A stretch of DNA of 64,000 nucleotides from an uncultured Pelagibacteraceae bacterium (GTDB taxonomy: Bacteria > Pseudomonadota > Alphaproteobacteria > Pelagibacterales > Pelagibacteraceae): NCBI GenBank assembly GCA_902634935.1, contig CACPMF010000006.1:521-64520 (forward strand). Reading direction: 5' to 3'. This document shows, one piece after another, positions 44,333 through 55,130 of this stretch. The notes below the pieces were generated by a model. That model was not told the origin of the DNA. It saw nothing but the letters and a program-made list of their open reading frames with translations, and did not search any database. Position numbers and translations under genes: made by a program. Each line of letters opens with the position of its first letter. The stretch's first letter is position 1.

Positions 44333-46108
44333 TTAGTTGATTTTTTGCTGTTTTTTTAACTCTTTTAACTCGTTGAAAGTTGTTTCACTAAGATCTTTTG
44401 AAAATTTCGATTCTAGCTCTGCAATTCTAAACTCTAACTCATAATTTTTTAGGTCTCGGATTATTTCTTTAAAAATTTCAATTATTTTTTGATCATCATC
44501 AAATTTTTTATCAAGAATGTGCTTAACAGATGCATACTTATAAATTCTATTAATTAATATTTCATCGATATTTAAATTTGAAATGTCTGAGGACTCAAAA
44601 TTATTAGTTTGATTGATTAATTCTTTGAAAATTAAATTATTCTCATTTGTAAATATTTTTATATCATTAATTAAATAAGAATTTTCTTTTATTAAGTTTG
44701 GTTTTTTCAAAATTATATAAAGTAAAGAAAACTCTTTCAACTCGACTGGTTTTAAAGTTTTAGTCTCATTATAATAATTTTTAGTTGACTGAAGAGATTT
44801 TGCTTTTTTTATAAAAGTTTTTTTATACTTATTGTTTATGTTGGGTGTCAGTTGACTTATTTTATCTAAAAAAAATTCTAAAACATATTTTTTTATATAT
44901 TCATCTTTTATCGTTGATGAAATTAATCTCAGCTTTTTCTCGAAAATAGCATAAGATGAAGGGTTTCCATCTGTTTGTTTAAAATAATGTTCAAAAATAA
45001 AATCATGTATTAATAAAGTATTATTTTTTGAGTAATTTATAAAATTTTCTTTACCATATTTATTGGCATAGCTGTCTGGGTCTTCATTTTTGGGTAGAAA
45101 AAGAAATGATATTTTTTTCTCAGGTTGAAGTTCAACTATAGAACTTTCTGCGGCTCTTAAGGCTGCTTTATATCCACTTTCATCTCCATCAAAACAAATA
45201 ATTATATGATCAAAAAATTGATTTAGAATTAAAATTTGTCTAGTTGTTAAAGCTGTTCCAAGATTTGCTACAGAGTTTTCAATACCTGCTTTGCTTAAGC
45301 CAATGACATCCATATAACCCTCAACTAAATAAATGAAATCTTCTTTATTTGAAAGTTTTCTAGCTTTATCTAAATTATATAAATTTGAACCTTTTTTAAA
45401 AAAAGGTGTCTCTGGTGAATTGATATATTTTGCAAGATAAGATGTAGATTTGATAGTCCTACCACCTAATCCAATTGGATCTCCTGATATATTATTTATT
45501 GGAAAAATAATTCGATCTTTAAATCTTTCTATAAATTTTTTTTTTTTATCGTCGAAGTAAAATAATCCAGTTTCTTTTAAAATTTTTTCGTCGAATTTTT
45601 TTGAAAATTCCTCAAAAGAATTTTGATTATTTGTGACAAAACCAATTCTAAATTTTTTAACTTCATCAACTGTTAAATTTCTGCTTTTGATATAATTTTT
45701 TGCTGCTTCAGCACTCGGATTTTTAAAAAGTTCTTCGTAATATTTTTCAACATATGTTGAATAAATACTTTTATATTCTTTCCAATTTTTTTCTCTCTCT
45801 TCATCTTGTTTAGAAAAAGTATATGGTTGCATACCTGCGAAATTGGCAAGAGTTTTTACTGCTTCCCCAAATTTGAGATTTTGGGTTTTCATTATAAAAT
45901 CAAATATATTGCCATGCTCACTTGTGCTGAAACAATGATAAAATCCTTTTTCATCATTGACTGTGAAAGATGGGGTTTTTTCATTTTTGAATGGAGAAAG
46001 CCCTACATATTCTTTTCCTCTTTTTTTTAAATTAACCGACTTTGAGACTACAGTTGAAACTTTAAGCCTTGTCTTTATTTCATCTAAATATTCTTTTGGA
46101 TATTTCAT
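44333..46108 (-). CDS. dnaG: DNA primase
   Basis: EKTPSF, KYINSPET, VEGYMD, LGTA, FDGD TOPRIM motifs. Confidence 0.96.
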   Translation of the reverse strand: MKYPKEYLDEIKTRLKVSTVVSKSVNLKKRGKEYVGLSPFKNEKTPSFTVNDEKGFYHCFSTSEHGNIFDFIMKTQNLKFGEAVKTLANFAGMQPYTFSKQDEEREKNWKEYKSIYSTYVEKYYEELFKNPSAEAAKNYIKSRNLTVDEVKKFRIGFVTNNQNSFEEFSKKFDEKILKETGLFYFDDKKKKFIERFKDRIIFPINNISGDPIGLGGRTIKSTSYLAKYINSPETPFFKKGSNLYNLDKARKLSNKEDFIYLVEGYMDVIGLSKAGIENSVANLGTALTTRQILILNQFFDHIIICFDGDESGYKAALRAAESSIVELQPEKKISFLFLPKNEDPDSYANKYGKENFINYSKNNTLLIHDFIFEHYFKQTDGNPSSYAIFEKKLRLISSTIKDEYIKKYVLEFFLDKISQLTPNINNKYKKTFIKKAKSLQSTKNYYNETKTLKPVELKEFSLLYIILKKPNLIKENSYLINDIKIFTNENNLIFKELINQTNNFESSDISNLNIDEILINRIYKYASVKHILDKKFDDDQKIIEIFKEIIRDLKNYELEFRIAELESKFSKDLSETTFNELKELKKQQKIN

Positions 46109-46569
46109 TTTTTGGAAAGAAGATCTTTAATTAAAGCTCCAGCTTTTGAAAAATCTATGGTGTCAGAGTGATTTTGTTTTAATTCACCCATAACTTTTCC
46201 CATATCTTTAATTGAGATAGCTCCTGTTTTTGCAATAATTTGTTTGCAAATGCTTATGGTCTCTTCTTCAGACATTTGTTTAGGTAAATATTCAGATAAA
46301 ACATTAACTTCATTCTCTTCAATTTCTAAAAGATCGCTTCTATTATTTTTTTTGTAAACCTCTATAGATTCGGATCTTTGCTTGATCATTTTTTTTAAAA
46401 GTTTTTTAACATCTTCGTCGTCTGTTTCTTTTTTATTTGGTCCTGACCTATTGTTTATATCTAGATCTTTTATACCTGATAAAATTAACCTATAAGTTGA
46501 TATTTTATTTTTATCTTTAGATTTTAAAGCATTTTTATAATCTGCTTCAATTTTTTCTCTTAAGCTCAT
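46105..46569 (-). CDS. yqeY: GatB/YqeY domain protein
   Basis: KQRSESI, YLPKQ, KDMGKVMG. Confidence 0.9.
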   Translation of the reverse strand: MSLREKIEADYKNALKSKDKNKISTYRLILSGIKDLDINNRSGPNKKETDDEDVKKLLKKMIKQRSESIEVYKKNNRSDLLEIEENEVNVLSEYLPKQMSEEETISICKQIIAKTGAISIKDMGKVMGELKQNHSDTIDFSKAGALIKDLLSKK

Positions 46570-46691
46570 ATTTGTAATTTACTGGATAGATGAATTTCTT
46601 CAAAAGATAAATTGTTTTTTTACATAAATACATTAGAGAGGTTGAGGAAAAAGAGGTTTTATTGTATTAACCTTTAACTCAAGAGTTGTAA

Positions 46692-47885
46692 TTGTATCTA
46701 AAACGAAAAAAAAATTTATCAATTAAATCTCAATTTGTCCCAGCTGTTTTGGTCCTTGAAAATAAGACAATTTTTAAAGGAATAGGCTTGGGTTATCAAG
46801 GTGAGGTAACTGGAGAAGTTTGTTTTAATACATCGTTAACTGGTTACCAAGAAATTATTTCTGATCCGTCTTATGCGGGTCAAATTATAAATTTTACTTT
46901 TCCACATATTGGCAATGTTGGCACAAATAATGAGGATTTAGAGTCTGAAAAAATTTGGACTAGAGGAGTTATTTTTAACTCAGAAATAAGTAATCCATCA
47001 AATTATAGGTCTCTGCTTGATTTAAATAATTGGCTAAAAAAAAATAAAATTGTTGGAATTACTGGTTTAGATACCAGAAGTTTAACTAATTATATTAGAG
47101 ATAAAGGCGCTCCCAAAGGAACAATTTCAAATAATAAAACAGGTAAATTTAATATAAACAAATTAATTAGAACCTCTATAAAATGGCCTGGTTTAAATGG
47201 AATGGATCTTGCTGAAGTTGTTACAACCCAAAAATCTTATATTTGGAAAGGTTTAAAAACATGGAATAAAAAAAATGGATACTTAAAAAATAAAAAAAAA
47301 CTTTTTAAAATAATTGCAATTGATTATGGAATAAAAAAAAATATTTTAAGATATTTTTCTAATTATAATTGTGAGGTAAAAGTCGTTAATTGTAAAACAA
47401 CAGCAGACGAGATATTAAGACTGAAGCCTCATGGAATTTTTCTTTCAAATGGTCCTGGAGATCCTGCGGCAACAGGAAAATATGCAATTCCAGTTATTAA
47501 AAAATTAATTAAATCAAACATTCCAATATTTGGAATTTGTTTAGGTCATCAAATACTAGCATTATCTTTAAATGGTAAGACAAAAAAAATGAAACTGGGT
47601 CATAGAGGAGCAAATCATCCCGTGAAAAATCAAATTTCACAAAAAGTGGAGATAACAAGTCAAAATCACGGTTTTGAAGTCGTTAGAGAAAGTTTAAATA
47701 AAAACATAATTGTTACTCACACATCATTATTTGACAATAGTATAGAGGGTATTAAATTAAAAAATAAACCAGTTTTTTCTGTTCAATATCATCCAGAATC
47801 TAATCCTGGACCACAAGATAGTCATTATCTTTTTAGTGATTTTATTAAAGAAGTAAAAAAATATGCCAAAAAGAAAAGACATTAA
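46692..47885 (+). CDS. carA: Carbamoyl-phosphate synthase small subunit
   Basis: [29 protein letters not shown]. Confidence 0.97.
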   Translation: MYLKRKKNLSIKSQFVPAVLVLENKTIFKGIGLGYQGEVTGEVCFNTSLTGYQEIISDPSYAGQIINFTFPHIGNVGTNNEDLESEKIWTRGVIFNSEISNPSNYRSLLDLNNWLKKNKIVGITGLDTRSLTNYIRDKGAPKGTISNNKTGKFNINKLIRTSIKWPGLNGMDLAEVVTTQKSYIWKGLKTWNKKNGYLKNKKKLFKIIAIDYGIKKNILRYFSNYNCEVKVVNCKTTADEILRLKPHGIFLSNGPGDPAATGKYAIPVIKKLIKSNIPIFGICLGHQILALSLNGKTKKMKLGHRGANHPVKNQISQKVEITSQNHGFEVVRESLNKNIIVTHTSLFDNSIEGIKLKNKPVFSVQYHPESNPGPQDSHYLFSDFIKEVKKYAKKKRH

Positions 47886-50800
47886 AAAAATTTTAGTTAT
47901 AGGAGCTGGACCAATTATAATAGGTCAAGCCTGCGAATTTGATTATTCAGGCACACAAGCATGTAAAGCTCTTAAAGATGAAGGTTTTAAGGTAATTTTA
48001 ATTAATTCAAATCCAGCTACAATAATGACTGATCCAGGAGTGGCTGACAAAACTTATATTGAGCCAATCTCTATACAAATACTTGAAGAAGTCATTAAGA
48101 AAGAAAAGCCCCAAGCAATATTACCAACAATGGGTGGTCAGACTGCCCTTAACCTTGCGATTAAAGCAGAAAAGAGTGGTCTATTAAAAAAATATAAAAT
48201 TGAACTTATAGGCGCAAACTCAAAGGCAATTGAAAATGCAGAGGATAGAAAGAAGTTCAGAAAGAATATGTCTGACATAGGTATCGATTTACCTAAATCC
48301 GAAATTTTAAATAACTTTAGTAATGCTAAAAAGTGCTTATCTAAAATTGGTCTTCCAGCAATAATAAGACCATCATTTACATTAGGAGGTTTAGGTGGGG
48401 GTATAGCAAGAACTAAAAAAGATTTTTTCAAAATTTTGAAAGAAGGAATGCACGAATCTCCACGGAACCAAGTACTAGTTGAAGAATGTTTAGATGGTTG
48501 GAAAGAATTTGAAATGGAGGTGGTTAGAGACAAAAATGATAACTGCATAATAATTTGCTCTATTGAAAATGTTGATCCAATGGGAATTCATACAGGTGAC
48601 TCTGTAACAATCGCACCAGCGTTGACACTCACCGATAAAGAATATCAAGTAATGAGAAATGCTTCTATAGCATGTTTGAGAAAAATTGGTGTTGAAACTG
48701 GCGGATCGAACGTTCAGTTTGCGATCAATCCTAAAGATGGAAGAATGGTTATCATTGAAATGAATCCAAGAGTCTCAAGGTCATCTGCTCTTGCCTCAAA
48801 AGCAACTGGTTTTCCAATTGCAAAAGTAGCTGCAAAATTAGCAGTTGGATATACTTTAGATGAACTTCAAAACGAAATAACAAAAGTAACACCAGCTTCT
48901 TTTGAACCAACAATTGATTATGTAGTAACAAAAATACCAAGATTTACATTTGAAAAATTTGCAGACACCAAAGCACTATTAGGTACCTCAATGAGATCGG
49001 TTGGTGAGGCAATGGCGATTGGAAGAAATTTTAAAGAATCCTTTCAAAAAGCATTGGTTTCCCTTGAGACAGGTTTATCTGGTCTGGATGATATATTTGG
49101 ATATTCTAAAAGTGAGATTTTAAAACAATTAAAAATTAATATTCCAAACAAATTACTTTTAATAGCAGACGCATTTAGAAAGAAAATACCTTTAGATAAA
49201 ATTTACAAACTATCAAAAGTTGATCCTTGGTTCCTAAATCAAATTAAAGAAATTATAGATGAAGAAAATAATATAATAAAAAAGGGGGTTCCAAAATCTT
49301 ACGATGAGTTTAATAGAATAAAATCAATTGGTTTTTCTGACAAAAAATTATCAAACCTTACAAAATTAAAAGAAGATATAATTAGATCTAAAAGAACAGC
49401 TTTAAAAGTATTTCCAGTTTATAAAAAAGTAGATACTTGTGCAGCTGAATTTAGGTCTTTTACACCATATATGTATTCTACATATCAAAGGAATTTTTCG
49501 ATTAAAACAGAATGTGAATCTGATCCATCGAGTAAAAAGAAAATTATAATTTTAGGTGGTGGTCCTAATAGAATAGGACAAGGAATTGAATTTGATTATT
49601 GCTGCTGTCAGGCAAGTTTTTCTCTTAAAGAAGCAGGATTTGAAACAATAATGGTAAATTGTAATCCAGAGACAGTATCTACAGATTATGATACGAGTGA
49701 TAGATTATATTTTGAGCCATTAGTTGAGGAGTATGTGCAAAATATAATTTTAAAAGAGAAATCAAAAGGTTCTTTGCTAGGAGTAATTGCACAATTTGGT
49801 GGGCAAACTCCAATTAAACTTGCTAAATTTTTGCACGATAACAAATTACCTATTCTAGGGACTCAATATTCCTCGATTGATCTTGCAGAAGATAGAGACA
49901 GATTTAGAGATTTGCTAATAAAACTTAAACTAAAACAAGCTGATAGTGGAATTGCATATAACTTTAATCAAGCAATTAAATTGTCAGAAAAAATTGCGCT
50001 ACCAGTAGTGGTAAGACCTTCCTATGTGTTAGGAGGTAGAGCTATGGAAATTGTTCATGATAAAAGTCAATTAACTAATTTTATAAATGAGGCATTTAAA
50101 GCTTCAGAGCAAAATCCAATATTAATCGATAAATTTATCGATAATGCGATGGAAGTTGATGTGGATGCAATTTCAGACGGCAAAGATGTTTATGTGGCTG
50201 GTATTATGCAACATATTGAGGAAGCAGGTATACATTCGGGGGACTCTGCGTGCTGTCTGCCGCCTGTTTCAATTAAAGAAAATATTTTAAAAGAAATAAA
50301 AATTCAAACTAGAAAGTTAGCATTGGCCTTAAAAGTAAAGGGTTTGTTAAATATTCAATTCGCAATCAAAAAGGATGAGATTTTTGTAATTGAGGTAAAT
50401 CCTAGAGCCAGCAGAACGGTACCTTTTGTATCTAAAGCAAACGGAATTCCTTTAGCAAAAATTGCTTCAAGAGTTATGGCTGGTGAAAAACTTTCTAGAT
50501 ATAAATTAAAATATAAAACAAATAAAAGATTTGCAGTTAAAGAGGCGGTTTTTCCATTCAATAAATTTCCAGATAGTGATCTTTTACTTGGACCTGAAAT
50601 GAAATCGACTGGTGAAGTAATGGGGTTTGATGATGATTTTGGTATTGCAATTGCAAAAAGTCAAATTGCTGCATCTAACTCTTTGCCAATCAAAGGTTTG
50701 GCTTTTTTATCAGTAAAAGATTCGCACAAACAGGAAGTGGTTGGTTTAGCTCAAAGATTAACAAAACTTGGATTTACGCTTTCTGCAACAAAAGGAACTG

Positions 50801-51093
50801 CGAAAGTTTTGGAGCAAAATGGAATGAAATGTAAAAAAATAAACAAGGTTAGCAGTGGTAAACCACATATAGTTGATATTTTAAATTCAAATAAAATATC
50901 GTTAGTCATTAATACTGGCGGTGGAAATAGTGAACACAGAATTAGTGATGCAAGAGCATTAAGAAGAGGGACTTTGGCAAACAAAATTCCTTACTGTACT
51001 AATATGTCAACAGCTTATGCTTTTATTGAGGCGATTAAGTCACTTAAAACAAAGAAATTAACTGTTAAATCTCTTCAAGATGCCAAAAAATAA
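47863..51093 (+). CDS. carB: Carbamoyl-phosphate synthase large subunit
   Basis: [10 protein letters not shown], duplicated ATP-grasp domains (EMNPR, EVNPR), MGS domain. Confidence 0.98.
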   Translation: MPKRKDIKKILVIGAGPIIIGQACEFDYSGTQACKALKDEGFKVILINSNPATIMTDPGVADKTYIEPISIQILEEVIKKEKPQAILPTMGGQTALNLAIKAEKSGLLKKYKIELIGANSKAIENAEDRKKFRKNMSDIGIDLPKSEILNNFSNAKKCLSKIGLPAIIRPSFTLGGLGGGIARTKKDFFKILKEGMHESPRNQVLVEECLDGWKEFEMEVVRDKNDNCIIICSIENVDPMGIHTGDSVTIAPALTLTDKEYQVMRNASIACLRKIGVETGGSNVQFAINPKDGRMVIIEMNPRVSRSSALASKATGFPIAKVAAKLAVGYTLDELQNEITKVTPASFEPTIDYVVTKIPRFTFEKFADTKALLGTSMRSVGEAMAIGRNFKESFQKALVSLETGLSGLDDIFGYSKSEILKQLKINIPNKLLLIADAFRKKIPLDKIYKLSKVDPWFLNQIKEIIDEENNIIKKGVPKSYDEFNRIKSIGFSDKKLSNLTKLKEDIIRSKRTALKVFPVYKKVDTCAAEFRSFTPYMYSTYQRNFSIKTECESDPSSKKKIIILGGGPNRIGQGIEFDYCCCQASFSLKEAGFETIMVNCNPETVSTDYDTSDRLYFEPLVEEYVQNIILKEKSKGSLLGVIAQFGGQTPIKLAKFLHDNKLPILGTQYSSIDLAEDRDRFRDLLIKLKLKQADSGIAYNFNQAIKLSEKIALPVVVRPSYVLGGRAMEIVHDKSQLTNFINEAFKASEQNPILIDKFIDNAMEVDVDAISDGKDVYVAGIMQHIEEAGIHSGDSACCLPPVSIKENILKEIKIQTRKLALALKVKGLLNIQFAIKKDEIFVIEVNPRASRTVPFVSKANGIPLAKIASRVMAGEKLSRYKLKYKTNKRFAVKEAVFPFNKFPDSDLLLGPEMKSTGEVMGFDDDFGIAIAKSQIAASNSLPIKGLAFLSVKDSHKQEVVGLAQRLTKLGFTLSATKGTAKVLEQNGMKCKKINKVSSGKPHIVDILNSNKISLVINTGGGNSEHRISDARALRRGTLANKIPYCTNMSTAYAFIEAIKSLKTKKLTVKSLQDAKK

Positions 51094-51211
51094 AAAAAAA
51101 AATATTAAAGATGAACAATTAAGTGTGCCGAAAATGTTTGCAAAAAAATATATATATTATTATTACGCTTTTTTTTGGTTTTTATTAATAATGGTACTTA
51201 TATTAAAGTGA
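51080..51211 (+). CDS. Putative 43-aa membrane microprotein (not in ORF track)
   Basis: Hand translation [43 protein letters not shown]; ATG lies within the end of carB. Confidence 0.5.
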   Translation: MPKNKKKNIKDEQLSVPKMFAKKYIYYYYAFFWFLLIMVLILK

Positions 51212-51312
51212 GCAAAAGAATAATTTTTTTTGGAGCAATTATATTACTGATAGAACTATCAGGCCACGGTATTTTTGCCTCATTATATAGATTATTGATG
51301 TCAACAAACTAA
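51208..51312 (+). CDS. Putative 34-aa hydrophobic microprotein (not in ORF track)
   Basis: Hand translation (GTG start) [34 protein letters not shown]; GTGA overlap with the previous ORF; stop overlaps the stop of the convergent gene. Confidence 0.45.
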   Translation: MSKRIIFFGAIILLIELSGHGIFASLYRLLMSTN

Positions 51313-51971
51313 AAGACTTTCCAATCTGTCTCGAAACTTACATAATTAACTTGTAAACACCTTCTCTCTTTTACTATCTCTTTCTTTTCCATTCCATGCC
51401 AAGTATTTGGTCCACTTGAAAAAAAATATCCATAATTATCTTTGTATGGAAGTGTTTTTATTTTGTTTAATTTTTCATCATAAAAATCTGTGCCCAAATC
51501 TTCACTTTCATTAAATTTGTTAACGAATAATAAGCATGACATTTGTTTTTCTTTAATATCGCAATGAGGCTTGAGCCAGAAACCTTTTCTATCACAAATC
51601 ACTTCTACTCTTACGTAAGAATTAGATAAATCTTTGTTTATCAAATCTGAAATTATTTTATGTGTATCTTTTGATCTAAGCTCTTCAATCAATTTTGTTA
51701 AAAATGGAAATTGATGTGAATTTTCTTTTGTTACAAAGCATCTGAATTTGAGTGCCTTGCCTCCATTTGAAATTCCCTCTCTAAATATACCCTCACCACC
51801 ATCGATAGCTCTTGTACCATCATAGTTTAAACTGTGTTTAGTGGGGTCATCTATATCAGCTGTAATTATCTCATTAATTTGCTCGTCTGTTAAAGGTTTA
51901 TCTAATTCCCAATGTTGAAAAGGATCATCAAATTTTTTTGAATTATTTATTACAGAATTTAAAAATGACAT
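51309..51971 (-). CDS. 2OG-Fe(II) oxygenase superfamily protein
   Basis: HxD (LKPHCD), LGTDFY, distal His (TWHG) and Arg (RRCLQVNY). Confidence 0.82.
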   Translation of the reverse strand: MSFLNSVINNSKKFDDPFQHWELDKPLTDEQINEIITADIDDPTKHSLNYDGTRAIDGGEGIFREGISNGGKALKFRCFVTKENSHQFPFLTKLIEELRSKDTHKIISDLINKDLSNSYVRVEVICDRKGFWLKPHCDIKEKQMSCLLFVNKFNESEDLGTDFYDEKLNKIKTLPYKDNYGYFFSSGPNTWHGMEKKEIVKERRCLQVNYVSFETDWKVF

Positions 51972-52915
51972 TAAATATTTAATCTTTCTTTTATTATTTT
52001 AGCAACTCTGTTTGTTTCATCTAATGTTTCATAACTCCAATTTTTATGATTATCATCTAAATTTTTAATAATATTCAAATCTTTAAATAATTTTCTAAAT
52101 TTTTGAAATCTTTTATCTTTTCTTTTTGGTAAGATATTTGCCACATATATTGGCTTACCAGTAAGAGCTGCCTCGGAAATCATTGAGCTAGAATCGCATG
52201 TCACAACAATAAATTCAGATAATGCTAAAGCTGACAAATATGCTTTTTTATCTACTTGTTCAATTACAGTATGATTTTCACCAAAAAATTCTTTAGCAAA
52301 CTGTATTATGTGTTTTGGCGTTCTCATGGAGGGTATTACTACTAATTGAAAGTCTTCTTTTTGAATCAAATTCCTCAACTTATTAAATATTTTTTCAATA
52401 TTTTCTTTTGAATATTCATAATATTTCGTAGGACCACCTAAAATTAATGAAAAGATTTTTCTTTTATCTATTTTTATTAATGATTTAAGATATTTAGAAT
52501 TAGATACAATTTCGGATTTATTTAAATAGTGTATTGCTCCTTTTGTAGAGATGACGTTTGAACCACTAATTTCATCATGCTCAGGTGCAATAATAAAATC
52601 AAATAATTTAAAGTTTATTTTAGGGTCCTGGATGTGAATATTATAAATTTGTTTTCTTGAGTTTTGTTTGAAATAAATTGATGGAATTACACTTTTTCTT
52701 CCACAGGAGATAATTAAATCAAAGTCAGGTATTTCAAATTCTTTAAAAGAAATATTTGACCTTGGAGTTAAACTTGGTGGAATAAATTTCCAAAAACTTT
52801 TAAGTTCAACTTTTCGGTGAGTAAAATTAATATTTAGGGCTTTAGCTAAACCTTCAACTTGGCTTATCATTCCATGCATACCTTCTGTTAACAATAAACC
52901 TTTTAATTTCGACAT
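51971..52915 (-). CDS. ELM1/GtrOC1-family putative glycosyltransferase
   Basis: GMISQVEGLA, ISCGRKS, HIQDP, FIIAPEHD, LILGG, SMRTP, VTCDSSSMISEA. Confidence 0.88.
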   Translation of the reverse strand: MSKLKGLLLTEGMHGMISQVEGLAKALNINFTHRKVELKSFWKFIPPSLTPRSNISFKEFEIPDFDLIISCGRKSVIPSIYFKQNSRKQIYNIHIQDPKINFKLFDFIIAPEHDEISGSNVISTKGAIHYLNKSEIVSNSKYLKSLIKIDKRKIFSLILGGPTKYYEYSKENIEKIFNKLRNLIQKEDFQLVVIPSMRTPKHIIQFAKEFFGENHTVIEQVDKKAYLSALALSEFIVVTCDSSSMISEAALTGKPIYVANILPKRKDKRFQKFRKLFKDLNIIKNLDDNHKNWSYETLDETNRVAKIIKERLNI

Positions 52916-52936
52916 TTATTATTATATAGCTTTCAT

Positions 52937-53884
52937 ATGAGTGAAAATCCAACTAAACACACAAAAGTGTTAATAATTGGATCTGGCCCTGCCGGATACA
53001 CTGCAGCAGTTTATGCTGCAAGAGCAATGCTTAACCCGATACTAGTTCACGGAATTCAGCCTGGTGGACAATTAACAACTACAACTGATGTTGAAAATTA
53101 TCCAGGATTTAAGGATGTTATTCAAGGCCCTTGGTTGATGGACCAAATGCGTGGACAAGCTGAAGCTGTTGGAACAGAAATGATACAAGATCATATAAAA
53201 TCTGTTGATCTCAAAAAAACACCTTTTGCAGCAGTTGGTGATAGTGGACAAACTTATACTGCTGACACTATAATTATATCAACAGGCGCTCAAGCAAGAT
53301 GGTTAAAATTAGACTCCGAGCAAAATTTCAGAGGTTTTGGTGTTTCAGCCTGCGCGACATGTGATGGATTTTTTTTCAAAGATAAAACAGTGGCAGTTGT
53401 TGGTGGGGGCAATGCAGCAGTAGAAGAGGCAATGTTCTTAACAAAATTTGCTTCTAAAGTTCAATTAATTCACAGACGAGACTCTTTAAGAGCAGAAAAA
53501 ATGCTTCAGAAAAAATTAATGGAAAACAAAAAAATTGAAATTATTTGGGATTCTGTTGTAGAGGAAGTGTTAGGTGATAAAGAGCCAAAAAATGTAACTG
53601 GTCTTAAAATAAAAAATGTAAAATCGAATGAAATTAAAGAATTAAAGATTGATGGACTGTTTATTGCTATCGGTCATGATCCTGCTACTGAATTATTCAA
53701 AGATCAACTAGAAATGGACAAAGAGGGTTATTTGATAACAAAAGCCGACTCAACTTCAACAAATATTCCTGGAGTTTATGCTGCTGGAGATGTTAAAGAT
53801 AAAACATTTAGACAAGCGGTAACAGCGGCTGGAATGGGATGTATGGCTGCTTTAGAGGCTGAAAAACATTTATCTCATAGTTAA
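52937..53884 (+). CDS. trxB: Thioredoxin reductase
   Basis: GSGPAG, GGQL, CATC, GGGNAA, HRR, RQAVTAAG. Confidence 0.97.
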   Translation: MSENPTKHTKVLIIGSGPAGYTAAVYAARAMLNPILVHGIQPGGQLTTTTDVENYPGFKDVIQGPWLMDQMRGQAEAVGTEMIQDHIKSVDLKKTPFAAVGDSGQTYTADTIIISTGAQARWLKLDSEQNFRGFGVSACATCDGFFFKDKTVAVVGGGNAAVEEAMFLTKFASKVQLIHRRDSLRAEKMLQKKLMENKKIEIIWDSVVEEVLGDKEPKNVTGLKIKNVKSNEIKELKIDGLFIAIGHDPATELFKDQLEMDKEGYLITKADSTSTNIPGVYAAGDVKDKTFRQAVTAAGMGCMAALEAEKHLSHS

Positions 53885-53894
53885 TTATAAAAAT

Positions 53895-55094
53895 TTAACT
53901 TAAACTCTCACAAAATTCTTTAAGTCTTTTCATTGCAGTTTCTAAATTCTTCATTGATGTAGCATAAGAAATTCTAAAAAAACCATCTAGACCAAATGCC
54001 GATCCTTGAACAACAGCTACATTATTATTTTCCAACAAAGACTGAACAAAATCAGTATCATTTTCTAATTTTTTTCCTAATTTATCCTTTTTTCCTAAAA
54101 GAGCCTTGCAATTTGGGAAAACATAAAATGCTCCATCAGGTTTAATGCAGCTAATTCCATTAATTTCGTTTAATGAATTCACTACAAAATCTCTTCTTTC
54201 TTGAAAAGCCTTAGATCTAATTGATATAAAATCTTGATTACCATTCAAAGCTTCTACTGCCGCTGCTTGACTTATAGAAGATGGATTCGTTGTAGATTGT
54301 GACTGAATTTTTGCAATAGCTTTAATTAATTCTTTTGAACCTCCAGCGTATCCAATTCTCCATCCTGTCATCGCATAAGATTTACTTACACCATTCATTG
54401 TAACAACTTTGTTTTTTAATTCGGGTATCTGTGCCATTGTAAAAAATTTGAAATCTTCATAGACTACATGTTCATAGATATCATCACTTAAAATATTTAC
54501 GTGAGGATTTCTTTTTAAAACCATTGCTAAATTTTTTATCTCTTGTTCTGAATAGCAAGCGCCTGTTGGATTTGAAGGTGAATTTAAAATTAACCACTTA
54601 GTGTTATTGGTTATTGCGCTTTCTAAATCTTTAGCTGTAAGTTTAAATCCTTGATCCTCTGAGCATTCAATTACAACAGGATTTGCTCCAGCTAATAATA
54701 CTATATCAGGATAGGACACCCAATAAGGTGCTGGAATTATAACCTCATCGTCTTTATTTAATGTTGCCATCATTAGATTATAGATTACATGCTTACCACC
54801 AACACCAACTGTAATTTCATCAGTTTCATAATTTATGTTATTTTCTCTCTTAAACTTTTCTGAAATAGCCTTTTTTAATGCTGGAGTTCCATCAACTGCA
54901 GTATACTTTGTATCACCATCTTTTATTGCTTTAATAGCAGCATCCTTTACGTTTTCTGGTGTATCAAAATCAGGTTCTCCTGCTCCAAGACCAATTACGT
55001 CTTTCCCTGCCGCTTTCAATTCTCTTGCTTTTTGAGTTACTGCAAGTGTGGGTGATGGTTTAATTCTCTTAATACTGTCTGATATAATGCTCAT
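53895..55094 (-). CDS. aspC: Aspartate aminotransferase (class I PLP)
   Basis: GEPDF, NSPSNPTG, DDIY, SKSYAMTGWRIG. Confidence 0.9.
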   Translation of the reverse strand: MSIISDSIKRIKPSPTLAVTQKARELKAAGKDVIGLGAGEPDFDTPENVKDAAIKAIKDGDTKYTAVDGTPALKKAISEKFKRENNINYETDEITVGVGGKHVIYNLMMATLNKDDEVIIPAPYWVSYPDIVLLAGANPVVIECSEDQGFKLTAKDLESAITNNTKWLILNSPSNPTGACYSEQEIKNLAMVLKRNPHVNILSDDIYEHVVYEDFKFFTMAQIPELKNKVVTMNGVSKSYAMTGWRIGYAGGSKELIKAIAKIQSQSTTNPSSISQAAAVEALNGNQDFISIRSKAFQERRDFVVNSLNEINGISCIKPDGAFYVFPNCKALLGKKDKLGKKLENDTDFVQSLLENNNVAVVQGSAFGLDGFFRISYATSMKNLETAMKRLKEFCESLS

Positions 55095-55130
55095 TGAAAT
55101 ATTATATTATTTTATTACGCTGTTTAATAT

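Noticed and set aside
46570-46691. Purine-rich GAGG repeats and a small AACTC-AA-GAGTT inverted repeat upstream of carA as a pyrimidine attenuator
   Set aside because: No convincing terminator/antiterminator or PyrR-type loop; the hairpin is too weak
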